Origin: Eledone cirrhosa
Taxonomy: Eukaryota
NCBI GenBank assembly: GCA_964016885.1
Contig: OZ024745.1
Location: 22,630,001-22,694,000 of the forward strand
Length of the DNA stretch: 64,000 nucleotides
Direction of reading: 5' to 3'
Position 1 is the first letter of the stretch. The number at the start of each line of letters is the position of its first letter. Positions 13,663 to 27,331 of the stretch are shown here, in pieces. The notes below the pieces were generated by a model that was given only the letters and a program-made list of their open reading frames with translations, did no database searches and had not been told where the DNA came from. The position numbers and the translations under genes were made by a program.

Positions 13663-14688
13663 ATGTATGAGTATGGTCTGCCCCAGAAAGTCATTTCGGC
13701 AATCAAACAGATTTACGCAAACTCCAAGTGCTGCATACGGACAGAGGATGGTTACAGTTGCTGGTTTGAGGTGGTTACTGGTGTGCGTCAAGGTTGCTCG
13801 CTCTCTCCAATTCTCTTTGCCATAGCCATTGACTGGGTACTAAGAAGAGCGTCTAAAGACCAGGGTATATCTTGGGTGAGAGATCAAAAGTTGTCTGACC
13901 TCGACTTTGCGGACGATATTGTTGCACTTGCAGAGAGCACAGCTGACCTGCAAATCATTATGAACAATATCAATGTCGAAGCAGGAAGCTTAGGTCTCAA
14001 TATCAGTGCTAAGAAGACCAAAAGCATGTTATCTGGGACACACCCATCACCAACTAGTGTTTTCATTGAACAGGAGGAGGTGGAGATAGTGGACAACTTC
14101 ACCTACCTAGGAAGCTCCATTGACAATGGGGGCGCCATGGACAGTGAATTGCAATGTAGAATGGGAAAGGCTTCAGCAGCATTTAACCAGCTTGTCAAGA
14201 TCTGGAAGAGCAGGAAGTTCACCCTCAAAACAAAGATGAGATTCTACAACAGCAACGTGCTGTCCACACTCTTGTACGGAAGTGAAACATGGCACCTTAA
14301 GACCAGCCAAGAGAAGAAGTTGGACGCATTCGATTCCAGGTGTCTGCGAAAGATCCTGGGGATTAAATGGAGTGACCATGTAACAAACCAGGAAGTCAGG
14401 AGCCGCACCAACCAGCAGCTGGTCTCTTCTGCCATCTGCAAGCGACATATGGGCTGGTTTGGGCACGCTTTGAGACTTCTCCCTGAGAGACTGGCGAACC
14501 AAGAACTTAAATGGAACCCACATGGAAGCAGACGGAGAGGGCGACCCAAAATGAACTGGCGCCAGGCAGTTGAGAGGGACCTGCGAGCGACAAACAGACA
14601 ATGGCGGGACGCTGTGCAACTGGCTGCTGACCGAACGCGGTGGAACACTATGATTGCCTCATGCGTCGCAAGACGCGGGAGCTTCTGA
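13663..14688 (+). CDS. C-terminal part of an RTE-type reverse transcriptase (5'-truncated, open frame)
   Basis: Motifs GVRQGCSLSPILF, LDFADD, FTYLGS, LLYGSETW, WFGH, RRRGRP..W. Confidence 0.9.
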   Translation: MYEYGLPQKVISAIKQIYANSKCCIRTEDGYSCWFEVVTGVRQGCSLSPILFAIAIDWVLRRASKDQGISWVRDQKLSDLDFADDIVALAESTADLQIIMNNINVEAGSLGLNISAKKTKSMLSGTHPSPTSVFIEQEEVEIVDNFTYLGSSIDNGGAMDSELQCRMGKASAAFNQLVKIWKSRKFTLKTKMRFYNSNVLSTLLYGSETWHLKTSQEKKLDAFDSRCLRKILGIKWSDHVTNQEVRSRTNQQLVSSAICKRHMGWFGHALRLLPERLANQELKWNPHGSRRRGRPKMNWRQAVERDLRATNRQWRDAVQLAADRTRWNTMIASCVARRGSF

Positions 14689-14700
14689 GTCTGAGTCTGA
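13663..14700 (+). mobile_element. 5'-truncated RTE-clade LINE with TSD
   Basis: TSD GTACTGGACT at 13653-13662 and 14701-14710; 3' tail (TCTGAG)3. Confidence 0.92.
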
Positions 14701-15034
14701 GTACTGGACTGTTACATTTTTGTCCCCGCCACAACATTCTCGAGATAACTCTGCATTCTATAAACATTTAGACATGGATGAAAGTAAAACTATGTGCAAT
14801 AAGGTTGTGTGAATGAGAGTAAAACCTGTACCGTAGGCTCTCTTCTGTCAGGAATGACCATCGGTTTGAAACTAGAAAATTCCTCACGCCAAGGCAAAAT
14901 CCCGGGCAAGCTGCCTTTATGGAAGTGTAGGAGTCACCCATGCATACTAGCCTCCTTTCTCTACATTCCTGCTGTCCAAGTGAAAGGCAATGACCAATAT
15001 AGCTTGGCACCAGTGACGTCACGACTCATGTTTT

Positions 15035-15153
15035 TTCCAGCTGAATGAAATGGAACAGCGTGAAACGAAGTGTCTTGCTTAAGGACACAACGCATAACTC
15101 GATCCAAGAATCGAACATTCAGACTCACAATTTTGAGCCTAACAATCTAACCC
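15035..15153 (-). mobile_element. second tRNA-derived SINE family (V-domain-like), degenerate
   Basis: AAGTGTCTTGCTTAAGGACACAAC is the reverse complement of the core seen at ~60712-60736. Confidence 0.6.
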
Positions 15154-15270
15154 CTGTTAACGGGTCAGAAACATTGGAGAATCTTTAAAATATAACCCAA
15201 GTAGGAAATGCATATATAAATATGAGAGGAAATAAAAAGGAAAATAAAATGTTATTTGTATTTCTTGAAG

Positions 15271-15460
15271 GGCGGTGGAATGGCAGTATCGGTAGGGCGT
15301 CAGACACCATGCTTTACAGCATAGAGTTATGGCCCTTCACGTTCTGAGTTCAAATCCCGCCGAGGTTAACTTTGCTTTTCATCCCTACGGGGTCGATAAA
15401 ATAAAGTACCAGTAATGCTCTGGGATAATTGCTGGCCTTGTGCCAAAAGTAGAAACAATT
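15271..15460 (+). mobile_element. tRNA-derived SINE (main family)
   Basis: Full head GGCGGTGGAATGGCAG, B-box, core, tail GGCCTTGTGCCAAAAGTAGAAACAATT. Confidence 0.9.
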
Positions 15461-15628
15461 ATTTGTATTTCTTATTTGAATACTAAAATATTTTCTTGCA
15501 TCTCTACTTATAGTTTCGAGCATTCTCTTTATATGGAATAAAAATGTATTAAGAGACATATCCGGGAATTTTACCCGCCCTAGATAGATTGTGAATATCA
15601 CTATCCCGTTCTCCATCTTTCACTTACC

Positions 15629-15667
<39 letters not shown>

Positions 15668-15680
15668 CTCTCTCTCTGTA

Positions 15681-15752
<72 letters not shown>

Positions 15753-15840
15753 CTCTCTCTCTCTGTATCACTCTCTCTCTCTCTCTCTCTTTCTCTGTTT
15801 CTCTGTATACGCACATACACGCACACACGCACACACACAT

Positions 15841-15877
<37 letters not shown>

Positions 15878-15880
<3 letters not shown>

Positions 15881-15968
15881 ACGTTCCTAATACCCACTCT
15901 ACTACCCTAAGTATTGAGTACTTTGGTGCGTTATGGTCCATCTGGTTTCTTACCACATTTCCTTCGTT
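15878..15968 (+). mobile_element. PLE terminal fragment, family A (long-end arm)
   Basis: Near-identical to ~16100-16184; flanked by (TA)n. Confidence 0.75.
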
Positions 15969-15990
15969 ATATATATATATATATATATAT

Positions 15991-16182
15991 AGGAAAATGT
16001 TTATCCCCGACGGCAGAGCTCGAGCCGTTCCGACAGCTATTTCTGGACTCATAAATAGCCGTCGAAAGGACTTGAGCTCTGCCGGCGGGGTTAAACATTT
16101 TCCTATTACCCACTCTACTACCCTAAGTATTGAGTACTCTGGCGCGTTATGGTCCATCTGGTTCCTTACCACACCTCCTTCG

Positions 16183-16184
<2 letters not shown>
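15991..16184. mobile_element. two-armed PLE terminal insertion, family A
   Basis: 15991-16052 is an inverted copy of the sequence starting at 16053; (TA)n on both sides; homologues at 28171, 48121 and 52760. PLE identity is inferred from the architecture and the HHR 3' half. Confidence 0.75.
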
Positions 16185-16234
<50 letters not shown>

Positions 16235-16251
16235 TAAAATAACAGATTAAC

Positions 16252-16300
16252 GTTTAAGCAAAGAATCGCTGCTTTCACCCTTAACGGGATCTTCTGAAAC
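16252..16300 (-). ncRNA. type I hammerhead-like ribozyme, CAGAAGA core variant
   Basis: Minus strand: gttt CAGAAGA t-ccc-gttaa-ggg-t GAAA gca-gcgattctt-tgc TT aaac. Confidence 0.7.
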
Positions 16301-17228
16301 TAACAAAGTCAATCTGTAAACGCAGAACTGGATATTTCAAAAAACGTTGCAACCGGAGGAAGACAGGAAGACGATACTTTGGTTCATGGTGACGTTCGCT
16401 GGCAAAGAACGGGAAAAAACGAATAAGATACGTCATTAATAGGAACGGTGAAAAACAATTACGTGCAAGGACAGAACCACGTTTATGGTATAAAAGAGGT
16501 CGTAGACTAATGTACTCTAAGTGGTGCATAGAGACGTTCTCTGGCAATGAACGAAAAAACGAAGATAATAAGTCATATGTGGAGCGTGGAGAACAATAGC
16601 GTGCAAAGCCAAAACCACGTAAATGGTATAGCAGAAGTCGTAGACTAAAATTCTAACTAGGAGACCGAATGAATCTCCGCTACAGAGTTAAGAACGAAGT
16701 AAATAAATACAATACAGAAGTAATAGGAACAAAGAAATACATACACGCAAACAGATACGTACATACACAAGCATACGCAAAACCTTACCATAGGTATACA
16801 AAACCACGCACATATAAATATGTGTATGTGTGTATGCTTGTGTACAAATAAATAAATAATTATATAAACGTATATAAGTAAATAAATACGTATATAACAA
16901 GCGCACACACATACCTACAATTAAATACATGAAGGTTCGGAGACGTAAGTCAACTAAAACAAGAAGTACACATATACACACACCCACCATACGTACGAAC
17001 CTGCATACTCACGCAGACGCAAAACTCCCATATACACATAACCAAGCCCTAAATACCAGAATATGTCAAAATTATACGCCAAAACAGTCAAATATACGTA
17101 CGAGAAGGTATACATACCTTCACAAAACATACGGGTAATATATACTTACCTATGCAAAAAGTAAAGGAAAAAACAAAACATATACTTAGCTCCCACATCA
17201 AGACGTAAATATCCACGTATAGATCGTG

Positions 17229-19358
17229 CTATCCGTTAGGGTATAACGTAGGGCTGTAATACAGGAAAGTTTTGTGCAATTTATGTTTACAAGCCGAAAT
17301 TGCCTCAGATTTTTTGTTTAAGATGTGGTCTGTGGCGTAGAGTATTTCCAGGGCCTCAGCGGTGTAGAGGTCACATGGTCTTTTATTTCCGTTATACGAT
17401 CTAGCCCTAGCTAGGATCTCCCAGTGTAACTTATATTGGGTGTGGTTGTCTTTTAGACTCCAGATATAAGCTGAAAGTGACGTCATATTCCTTCTTAGAG
17501 GGTAACGAAAAGAATGGGTATGCATGTAAAGACGCTGCTTGAAACTATTGGCGGTTAACCCTATGTAGGCCCTACGGGACGTGGGTGTTACAACCTTACA
17601 TTTGTAGACAATGTTACTAGAGAGGTATTTCCCGGATAGGGGACAATCAGCCCGATTCCTACAATTACAGTTAGTACTAACTACAGGGTTGCACGTGTTC
17701 CTACGGCTAGGTATTTTAGCTAAATTTGAAGCTGTGATGTTATGTGCAAGGTTAGGAGTCGTTGAGTAAGAAATTTTAATAGTGTTTCTATTAAAAATTT
17801 TACTATATTTATGTGTAGGGGGAAAATGCTTCGTAATAAGGGAAAGAAAGATCTTAGCTAATGGTGTGGCCACCTCCATATTATATGGTGGGTTAAACCA
17901 ACAAATGCGACGGGATCTATTTCTTCTAGGTCTATTCTCGTACTCTGTATATGCTACCTTATCGACAAACCCACTTCGAGCAAGAGCTTCATTGTAATAA
18001 GTGGAATGGTCGTTGAAAATGCGCTCGTTGGTGGAAAGACGGGAAAGCCTCAACGAAACGTTTTTTGCCAGGTTCTTGGTTATGCTGGCAGGATGGTTGG
18101 AATGCTTACTTATGTAATTAAGCGTATCATTCGGCTTTCTATACGGGTAATGCAACCCATTCAATAAATTGAGGGTAACGTCGAGGTAATTAACGACCGA
18201 GAGATTGGCCTCAACCTGTATAGAGAGGTTGAAGCCTTTAAAGAAGGCTGTGAGTTCTTTTCTGAATCTGTCGCAAGCACGAGGTCCGCACTTAGTCATG
18301 GTCAAAAGACCATCGTCACGGTACAAACCTACGCCCGCGTTGGGGAATTCGTCCTTGATAGAGAAAAGAAGGAAAAGGCCAATAAGATCAGTAACCTCCG
18401 CAGAGTCACTGGCGCCCATACTCACGTCGAATGGGGTACTATTGGATTTTTTAATCCAAATAGAATCGTCGAAATTAATCACCGACTTTCGGGCATTAAG
18501 GATGACATCAACTTCGAAATCCTTAACCACTGTGAGTGTTTTAGCGAAATTGATAGCTCTAAGGAGAAGTGGTAAAGTGATGGAGGAGTAGTAATTGTTG
18601 ATGTCGAATTGGATAAAACGGCAATGTTCCTTGTTACATATGCCGTTGAACCAATCAATCACCGCGAAAGAATTGTTCCACAGTGCGAGAGGGGCCAAAT
18701 TTCTAATTTCAGGTATAATTCTATCAAGAATCGTTTTACTAAGTCTACCTAAATCGGACTTCGTAGGGTTAATAAGCCGAATAGAGGGGTTGTTCTGAAA
18801 ATTGGATTTGTGGTCCTTCAGGGTAAAGTGGGGAGCGATAGGGTCCAGGGGTTCGGTCCGGTCCAGGATGTTGAGATCAGATGTGATTTTAAACCCAGCA
18901 TCGTTGATTTCATTGATGACACACCGATTAGTTTTACGGTAATCCTTAGTTACAGCATTATGTAGTAGTTGATGGTAAGTAGTGCGCTCCACTTGATATA
19001 GGTTGCCAGTTTTGTCGGAATGGATGTGCACGGCGTTAGAATCCTTAATAGAACGAATTCTATTCTTCAGGTCTTGCTGGAAGGAATTGCTCCTATTCCG
19101 AAATTTGATACTCCGAATGAGTTCCAAGACATCATTTTCGAATGGTAGCAATGCTGGGTTCCACGGAGGGTTATTATAGGTTTTAAATCCAAATTTGTCC
19201 TGCTTGTTGTCTGCTTTTCGCGGATTATCGAAATAAAAGGCACGCCAACGCAACCTTTTAATGAACGCGTCAGTTTTCTGTATCAGGAGTTTTAGGTATG
19301 TTTTCCTGCTTGGTACGGGTATGTTCTTTGTAGAAATATTCAGATGTTGTTTCTGCAT
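17229..19358 (-). CDS. PLE polyprotein: reverse transcriptase + Cys linker + GIY-YIG endonuclease (709 aa)
   Basis: SDKTGN, QFDINNYYSSI, MGASDSAEV, GLYRDDGL, NYLDV, YRKP..SNHP, CNC..CP, IVY..YIGLT..FKQR..H, LNKKSE; no internal stop. Confidence 0.93.
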   Translation of the reverse strand: MQKQHLNISTKNIPVPSRKTYLKLLIQKTDAFIKRLRWRAFYFDNPRKADNKQDKFGFKTYNNPPWNPALLPFENDVLELIRSIKFRNRSNSFQQDLKNRIRSIKDSNAVHIHSDKTGNLYQVERTTYHQLLHNAVTKDYRKTNRCVINEINDAGFKITSDLNILDRTEPLDPIAPHFTLKDHKSNFQNNPSIRLINPTKSDLGRLSKTILDRIIPEIRNLAPLALWNNSFAVIDWFNGICNKEHCRFIQFDINNYYSSITLPLLLRAINFAKTLTVVKDFEVDVILNARKSVINFDDSIWIKKSNSTPFDVSMGASDSAEVTDLIGLFLLFSIKDEFPNAGVGLYRDDGLLTMTKCGPRACDRFRKELTAFFKGFNLSIQVEANLSVVNYLDVTLNLLNGLHYPYRKPNDTLNYISKHSNHPASITKNLAKNVSLRLSRLSTNERIFNDHSTYYNEALARSGFVDKVAYTEYENRPRRNRSRRICWFNPPYNMEVATPLAKIFLSLITKHFPPTHKYSKIFNRNTIKISYSTTPNLAHNITASNLAKIPSRRNTCNPVVSTNCNCRNRADCPLSGKYLSSNIVYKCKVVTPTSRRAYIGLTANSFKQRLYMHTHSFRYPLRRNMTSLSAYIWSLKDNHTQYKLHWEILARARSYNGNKRPCDLYTAEALEILYATDHILNKKSEAISACKHKLHKTFLYYSPTLYPNG

Positions 19359-19518
19359 GATGAATATAAGTCAGTAGAGTGCTCAACCGAAGGAGCCAAA
19401 TAGTAATAATAATAAAATTGAAGACTAAAATCCAGAGAGGGCTCGATAAGGAAAATATATATCGAATATATAAGAACCGAAGAGCAAATATTTTAGTCTT
19501 CAATTTTATTATTATTAC

Positions 19519-20232
<714 letters not shown>

Positions 20233-20234
<2 letters not shown>

Positions 20235-20478
20235 GTAATAATAATAAATTTGAAGACTAAAATCCAAAGAGGGTTCGATAAGGTTAAATATATATCAGAT
20301 ATATAAGAACCGTAGAGCAAATATTTATAAAAATAACAGATTAAAGTTTAAGCAAAGAATCGCTGATTTCACCCTTAACAGGATTTTCTGAAACTAACCT
20401 TAGTTTCAGAAGATCCCGTTAAGGGTTTAAGCAGCGATTCTTTGCTAACACTTTAATCTGTTATTTTAATAAATAAAT
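20233..20478. mobile_element. two-armed PLE terminal insertion, family B, with two degenerate HHR copies
   Basis: Minus arm 20233-20398 runs through the HHR to the long end; plus arm 20400-20478 is its inverted copy ending at the short end. Confidence 0.88.
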
Positions 20479-20501
20479 ATATATATATATATATATGTAT
20501 A

Positions 20502-20542
<41 letters not shown>

Positions 20543-20543
20543 G

Positions 20544-20594
<51 letters not shown>

Positions 20595-20823
20595 CTGAGT
20601 AAAGACGTTGAAACTAAGAACAAAGAACAATGAATTGAGTATGTTTCTGTTGAGGACAAGTTACGACCTGCAGCGACGTAGAAGTCTATTCAAGGTTGTC
20701 TTTGGCTGAGACCCAACCCCTTCAATTCATAATTATTCTTCACTTAGCACGTTGTAATATAACCTTTAATATTTATCATTGTCATATATGAATGTCTTTG
20801 TAATCACACATACACACTCACCC

Positions 20824-20911
<88 letters not shown>

Positions 20912-21589
20912 ATATTTAGATACATATATTACAATATATATTTATGTAGTATATATATTTGTATACCTCTCGCTGTGTGTTTGGTATCTTTGTGTGTCAA
21001 TAATTCTATATATATACATATATATACATATATATATATATACAGTGTTATGTGTGTGTGTGTGTATGTGTGTGTGTTTGTGTGTACATATTTAGATACA
21101 TATATTACAATATATATGTCACAATATATATTTATGTATGTATATATTTGTATACCTCTCTCTCTCTCTCTTTATGCGTGTGTGTGTGTGTATCGTTGTG
21201 TCAATAACTGTATATAAATATATATATATATAGAGAGAGAGAGAGACATATATATGTATAGACATATATATGTTTGTGTGTGTGAGTGTATATGGACGAA
21301 TATGAGTTGGTGAATCTTTGTCGTCATTGGCACGATAAATATAGGCCTGAATGTTCAGTGAAACAGTGTTAGTGTTAGTTGTGAATGTTGCCCAGGGACA
21401 ATCACATCACACAACTCTTCTCCTACACCATATAATGAATTAACAAACGATTTATCGTAATGGCGTATTTCCGTTTCATTACAAAATGACTGATATAAGC
21501 GGTGTTATGTCTAGAAAAGTACATATTTTAAAATGTTCCGACTAGCTTGAACTCTCTGCTTGCTATAGTCTATAATTATCCGTTCATCA

Positions 21590-22175
21590 GACAGTCTCTC
21601 TATCTCTCTATCTCTCTATCTCTCTGTCTCTCTATCTCTTTATCTCTCGGTCTCTATATTTCTCGGTCTCTATATCTCTCTATCTCTCTGTCTCTTTATC
21701 TCTCTGTCTCTATATCTCTTTATCTCTCTGTCTCTTTATCTCTCTGTCTCTATATCTCTCTATCTCTCTGTCCCTTTGTCACTATATCTCTATGTCTCTC
21801 TATCTCTCTGTCTCTATATCTATTTATCTCTCTGTCTCTTTATCTCTCTCTCTCTCTCTATCTCTCTGTCTCTTTGTCTCTCTATCTCCCCATCTCTCCG
21901 TCTCTCTATCTCTCTGTCTCTCTGTCCCTTTGTCTCTATCTCTCTATCTCTCTGTGTCTATATCTCTTTATCTCTCTGTCTCTTTATCTCTCTCTCTCTA
22001 TCTCTCTGTCTCTTTGTCTCTCTATCTCGCCATCTCTCCATCTCTCTATCTCTCTGTCTCTCTGTCCCTTTGTCTCTATATATCTGTCTCTCTGTCCCTT
22101 TGTCTCTATCTCTCTGTCTCTCTGTCTCTTTGTCTCTATATCTCTGTCTCTCTGTCCCTTTGTCTCTATATCTCT
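21590..22175. repeat. CT-rich compound microsatellite
   Basis: TCTC(TA/TG/TT) units. Confidence 0.9.
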
Positions 22176-23280
22176 GGATCGTGAAGAAAAATCTTAATTT
22201 TGCGGAAAAATCTGGATTTTGGAGAAAAATCTGGATTGTGCAGAAAAATATGGATTTTGGACACAAATCTGGATTTGGAACAAAAATCTAAATCTAAATC
22301 TGCAATATGTACAAAAATCTTGTTTTTGGAGAAAAATCTGGATTTCGGAAAAATATCTGGATTTAGTAGAAAAATTTGGATTCTTGATAAAAATCTTGAT
22401 TCTTGAGAATTGTGGAAAAAGAAATCTGGATTTTGTAAAAATAATCTAGATTTTTTGGAAAAATATCTGGATTTTTGAAAAAAATCTGAATTTGGAGGAA
22501 AATCTGGATTGTGTACAAAAATATGGATTTTGATGAAAAATTTGTATTGTGGAAAAATATCAGGATTTTGGAGAAAAATCTGGATTGATGAGAAAAATCC
22601 GGATTTCGAAGGAAAATCTAGATTGTGGAGGGAAATATTGATATTTGAGAAAAATTTGTATTTTAGAGAAAAATTTGAATTTCGGAGAAAAATCCGGATT
22701 CTGGAGAAAAACTTGCATTTCGGATATAAATATGAATGTTGGATAAAAAAAACTTAATTGTGGAGAAAAATATGGATTGTGGAAAAAAATATGGATTTTA
22801 TAGAAAAATCTTGATTGTGGAGAAAAATATGGATTGTGGAGAAATATCTGGATTATGGGGAAATATCTGGATTGAGGAGAAAAATATGGATTGTGGAAAA
22901 AATTTGGATTTTATAGAAAAATCTTGATTGTGGAGAAATATCTGGATTGTGGAGAAATATCTGGATTGTGGAGAAATATCTGGATTGTGGAGAAATATCT
23001 GGATTGTGGAGAAATATCTGGATTGTGGAGAAAAATCTTGATTGTGGAGTAATATCTGGATTGTGGAGAAAAATCTGGATTGTGGAGAAATATCTGGATT
23101 GTGGAGAAAAATATGGATTGTGGAAAAAAATATGGATTTTATAGAAAAATCTGGATTGTGGAGAATTATCTGGATTGTGGAGAAAAATCTGGATTGTGGA
23201 GAAATATCTGGATTGTGGAGAAATATCTGGATTGTGGAGAAATATCTGGATTTTGTGGAAAAATCTGGATTGTGGAGGAA
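22170..23280. repeat. 20-bp minisatellite TCTGGATTGTGGAGAAAWA
   Basis: About 55 units, degenerate at left and near-perfect at 22930-23280. Confidence 0.93.
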
Positions 23281-23653
23281 AATTTGCATTGAGAACATCA
23301 ATCTACATTGAGTACATTAAACCTTACATTGAGGAAAACATTCTACATTGAGGACAACTTCTAAACTCACTAATGTGGTCATACTCACTCTCTGAAGACT
23401 TAAGATAAGTTGCTGAAACTGTTAATGGATGAAAAGAGACTGGATCAACAATCTGTTCTTAAGATTTTTAATTTGAATCTCAAATTTTCTTTGTTTTGTT
23501 TGTGTTTGAATGTGAAAAAAATACATCGATTAACAGGAAGCTTGGCAACGATAAAACTAATTAAAAACTAACCAGTTTTCTCCGACAACAAGCGTTGATC
23601 ATTTGACAATAATGGCAAATTCTGAAAATGATAGTCAAAGAATAAATGACGCG

Positions 23654-23728
<75 letters not shown>

Positions 23729-23780
23729 CTGTACATATTACATATATATATATATATCCCTCTTTCGCTTTCTCTCTCTT

Positions 23781-23843
<63 letters not shown>

Positions 23844-24048
23844 ATAAATTTTAGTACAGCATTGACGAAGCTTTAGTATACGGCCAAGCTAGCGTATATG
23901 CATAATCGGTCTGTAGCTTTAGCACTCGGATGAGGTAAGACCCCAGAGTAATAACATTACGTTCAGACAGCTTAGCAAATCAGATATAGCAGTCGGCAGT
24001 CCAGCCGCATTACCAGAGCAACGAAAATACAGGACCCAGGAAAAGATT

Positions 24049-24086
<38 letters not shown>

Positions 24087-24092
24087 ATATAT

Positions 24093-24233
<141 letters not shown>

Positions 24234-24317
24234 TTCTCTATGTATATATGTGTATTTTGAGATATATGTACACATAGTTAAGGAAGCAAGCAGAGAAAGT
24301 AAGAGGGGAAAACAGTT

Positions 24318-24426
<109 letters not shown>

Positions 24427-24548
24427 TACACACGTGTATATATATATAGAAGGTGATTCAGTATATCTGTGGTATACTGAGGAATATTAGAGATTATATT
24501 AGGAATATAACAGAAATGATATATTAGGAACTAAACGTTTTATTCTTA

Positions 24549-24614
<66 letters not shown>

Positions 24615-24615
<1 letters not shown>

Positions 24616-24900
24616 GTGCAAATTTATACGGGAACAAGACAGAGAGGTAGACAAATAAAGGTTTATTAGGTTTATGCTTTTGAGACGGGGGGGGGGGGGG
24701 GGGGGGGCTCGAGCATAAACCCTTCTTCGGGATAAATAGGTTAGGAAGAGAGTTCCGAGGGTGTGTGGAAATACATTTAGAAAACAGGGGGAAGGAGAAC
24801 AAATAAATATTAAAATTAAAATAAAAATAAACGAGAAATAAACATAAGGATTAATAATAAGATATATATGGGGTGGGAGGTGCATGTGTATGCATATATG
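24615..24900 (-). mobile_element. PLE 3'-terminal fragment related to 30155-31533
   Basis: Reverse complement matches ~31300-31533 (CACACCCTYGGAACTCTCTTCC, ATAAACCTTT); minus strand has CCGAAGA a-gggt-ttat-gctc. Confidence 0.7.
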
Positions 24901-24932
24901 TGTTGTTTATACCATGTAGTTTATTTCAACAG

Positions 24933-25587
24933 TGCCGGTAGAGTGTCGGACAACATGTTTCGCGGCATAGAATTATGACCCTTTGTGTTTTGATTTCAAA
25001 TCCCACCGAGGTTAACTTTGCCTATCATCCTTGCAGGGTCAATAAAATAAAGAACCAATAATGCACTGAACTCGATTTAATCGACTTTCCTCTCCCCCGA
25101 AATTGTTGGCCTTATGTCTAAATCAGAGACCATTATCATTTCAAATGCTAGTGTGAACGGTTGATTAGCAGCATCGGTAGAGCATCGGACAACATGCTTT
25201 GCTGCATGGCATTAAGACTTTCTACATTCAGAGTTCAAATCCCACTGAGGTCAATTTGATTAATTAACCTTTAATTGCTCTAAAATTTGTAGAGCTGTAC
25301 CAGACGGTTTTTAGGCTGCTATGTTTAGTGACATTATATACCCTGTCAAGTAGTCATAATCTGTAACACTACATCTGCTATTATATCACCATGCTGCCTC
25401 TGCTTTGGAAACAATCTGTGTGGTGGATTGGCAGTATCTTTGCAGCAAAGAGTTACGGCCCTTTATGGTCTGAGTTCAAATCCCGCCGAGGTTAACTTTG
25501 CCTTTCATCCTTACGGGGTCGGTAAAATAAAGTACCAGTAATACACTGGATTAATTGCTGGCCTTGTGCCAAAATTAGAAACAATTA
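24933..25587 (+). mobile_element. cluster of three main-family SINE copies (24933-25135, 25160-25255, 25422-25587)
   Basis: TTCAAATCCC B-boxes and core segments. Confidence 0.8.
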
Positions 25588-25771
25588 TATCTTGTTCCAT
25601 TTCTCTTAAACTTGAAGAATTTTTCTTCCCTGAAGAATATGGCGGTATCTTGAAAGATGATAGGGAGATCTATGTATAAGTAAAGTTAGATAGAAAATGT
25701 TCGTCTATTTTGTTTATACTCCCAGAATTATAGTTTTTCTCATTTAATTTTAATATATATATATATATATA

Positions 25772-25906
<135 letters not shown>

Positions 25907-26626
25907 ACACTTACCACCTTCTTTCCACAAAACACCGGATTAAGAATTTTTCTGTTGCTGCCACGCCTACCACCACCATTCTCTCTCTCTCTCTCGCTAT
26001 CACACGCACTCTTTCCAGCGTAACATACGTTTTACATGACATGTACTACAGCTTTAACATAATAGATGATAATAATAATTATTATTTTGATGCGATCGAT
26101 GCCGACGACGACATCGACGAAAAAGAAAGAATGACAGAAAAAAACATAATAAAAATAATAATAATTTTCTAATTCTTTTGGGTTTTTTTCTTTTTTACGT
26201 AGTAGTTGTTGTTTAATAAAAGTGTTAAAACGTGAACATTAATAGAAGAATCTAAGAAGAAACTAAAAGTAATTAGGAGAAAAGAAAGAAGGAAATAAAT
26301 ATAAACGCTATAAATAAAGTAATTTCCGCCACGTTTCCAGTAATAACCGAAGATTTCGGTGTTGAAATTAAGGAATGGAAACTCAATATATATATATAAC
26401 ATATATAAAATAATGTAATAGAGTTGATATCGAAAGAAAAATATCGATACAAAACTACATAGTGCTGATGTATAACGACAGTATTATTGGAAATTGCAAA
26501 TATAAAAAAAAAGTTACAAATGTAATATATACAATATACACAAGTACTCACACACACACAAACATGCACACACACACATACATACACACACACGCACACG
26601 CACACACATATATATATACGTGTGTG

Positions 26627-26683
<57 letters not shown>

Positions 26684-26746
26684 TATATATGTATAAATAT
26701 ATATACATACTTATATATATATTATATATATATATTATATATATAA

Positions 26747-26778
<32 letters not shown>

Positions 26779-26781
26779 CTA

Positions 26782-26825
<44 letters not shown>

Positions 26826-26836
26826 CTATATATCTA

Positions 26837-26895
<59 letters not shown>

Positions 26896-26896
26896 G

Positions 26897-27146
<250 letters not shown>

Positions 27147-27283
27147 AAGATTTTAAACGAAGGGGATTCCTTAGCAAATTGCTTCAAAATATGTAGGCAA
27201 ACACTCCAAGGAAAATAGGTTTGAGGCGCGTATCTAACAATTCAAGGTGACTAGAGTATTCCACTCACACACATATATTTAGA

Positions 27284-27326
<43 letters not shown>

Positions 27327-27331
<5 letters not shown>

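Noticed and set aside
23392-23430. CTGAAGA-hairpin-GAAA hammerhead candidate
   Set aside because: Extra bases before GAAA, and no stem I/III pairing found.
23850-24048. ~200-bp unique insert between (TA)n tracts
   Set aside because: Probably another PLE end, but there is no second copy, inverted arm or complete HHR to support a call.
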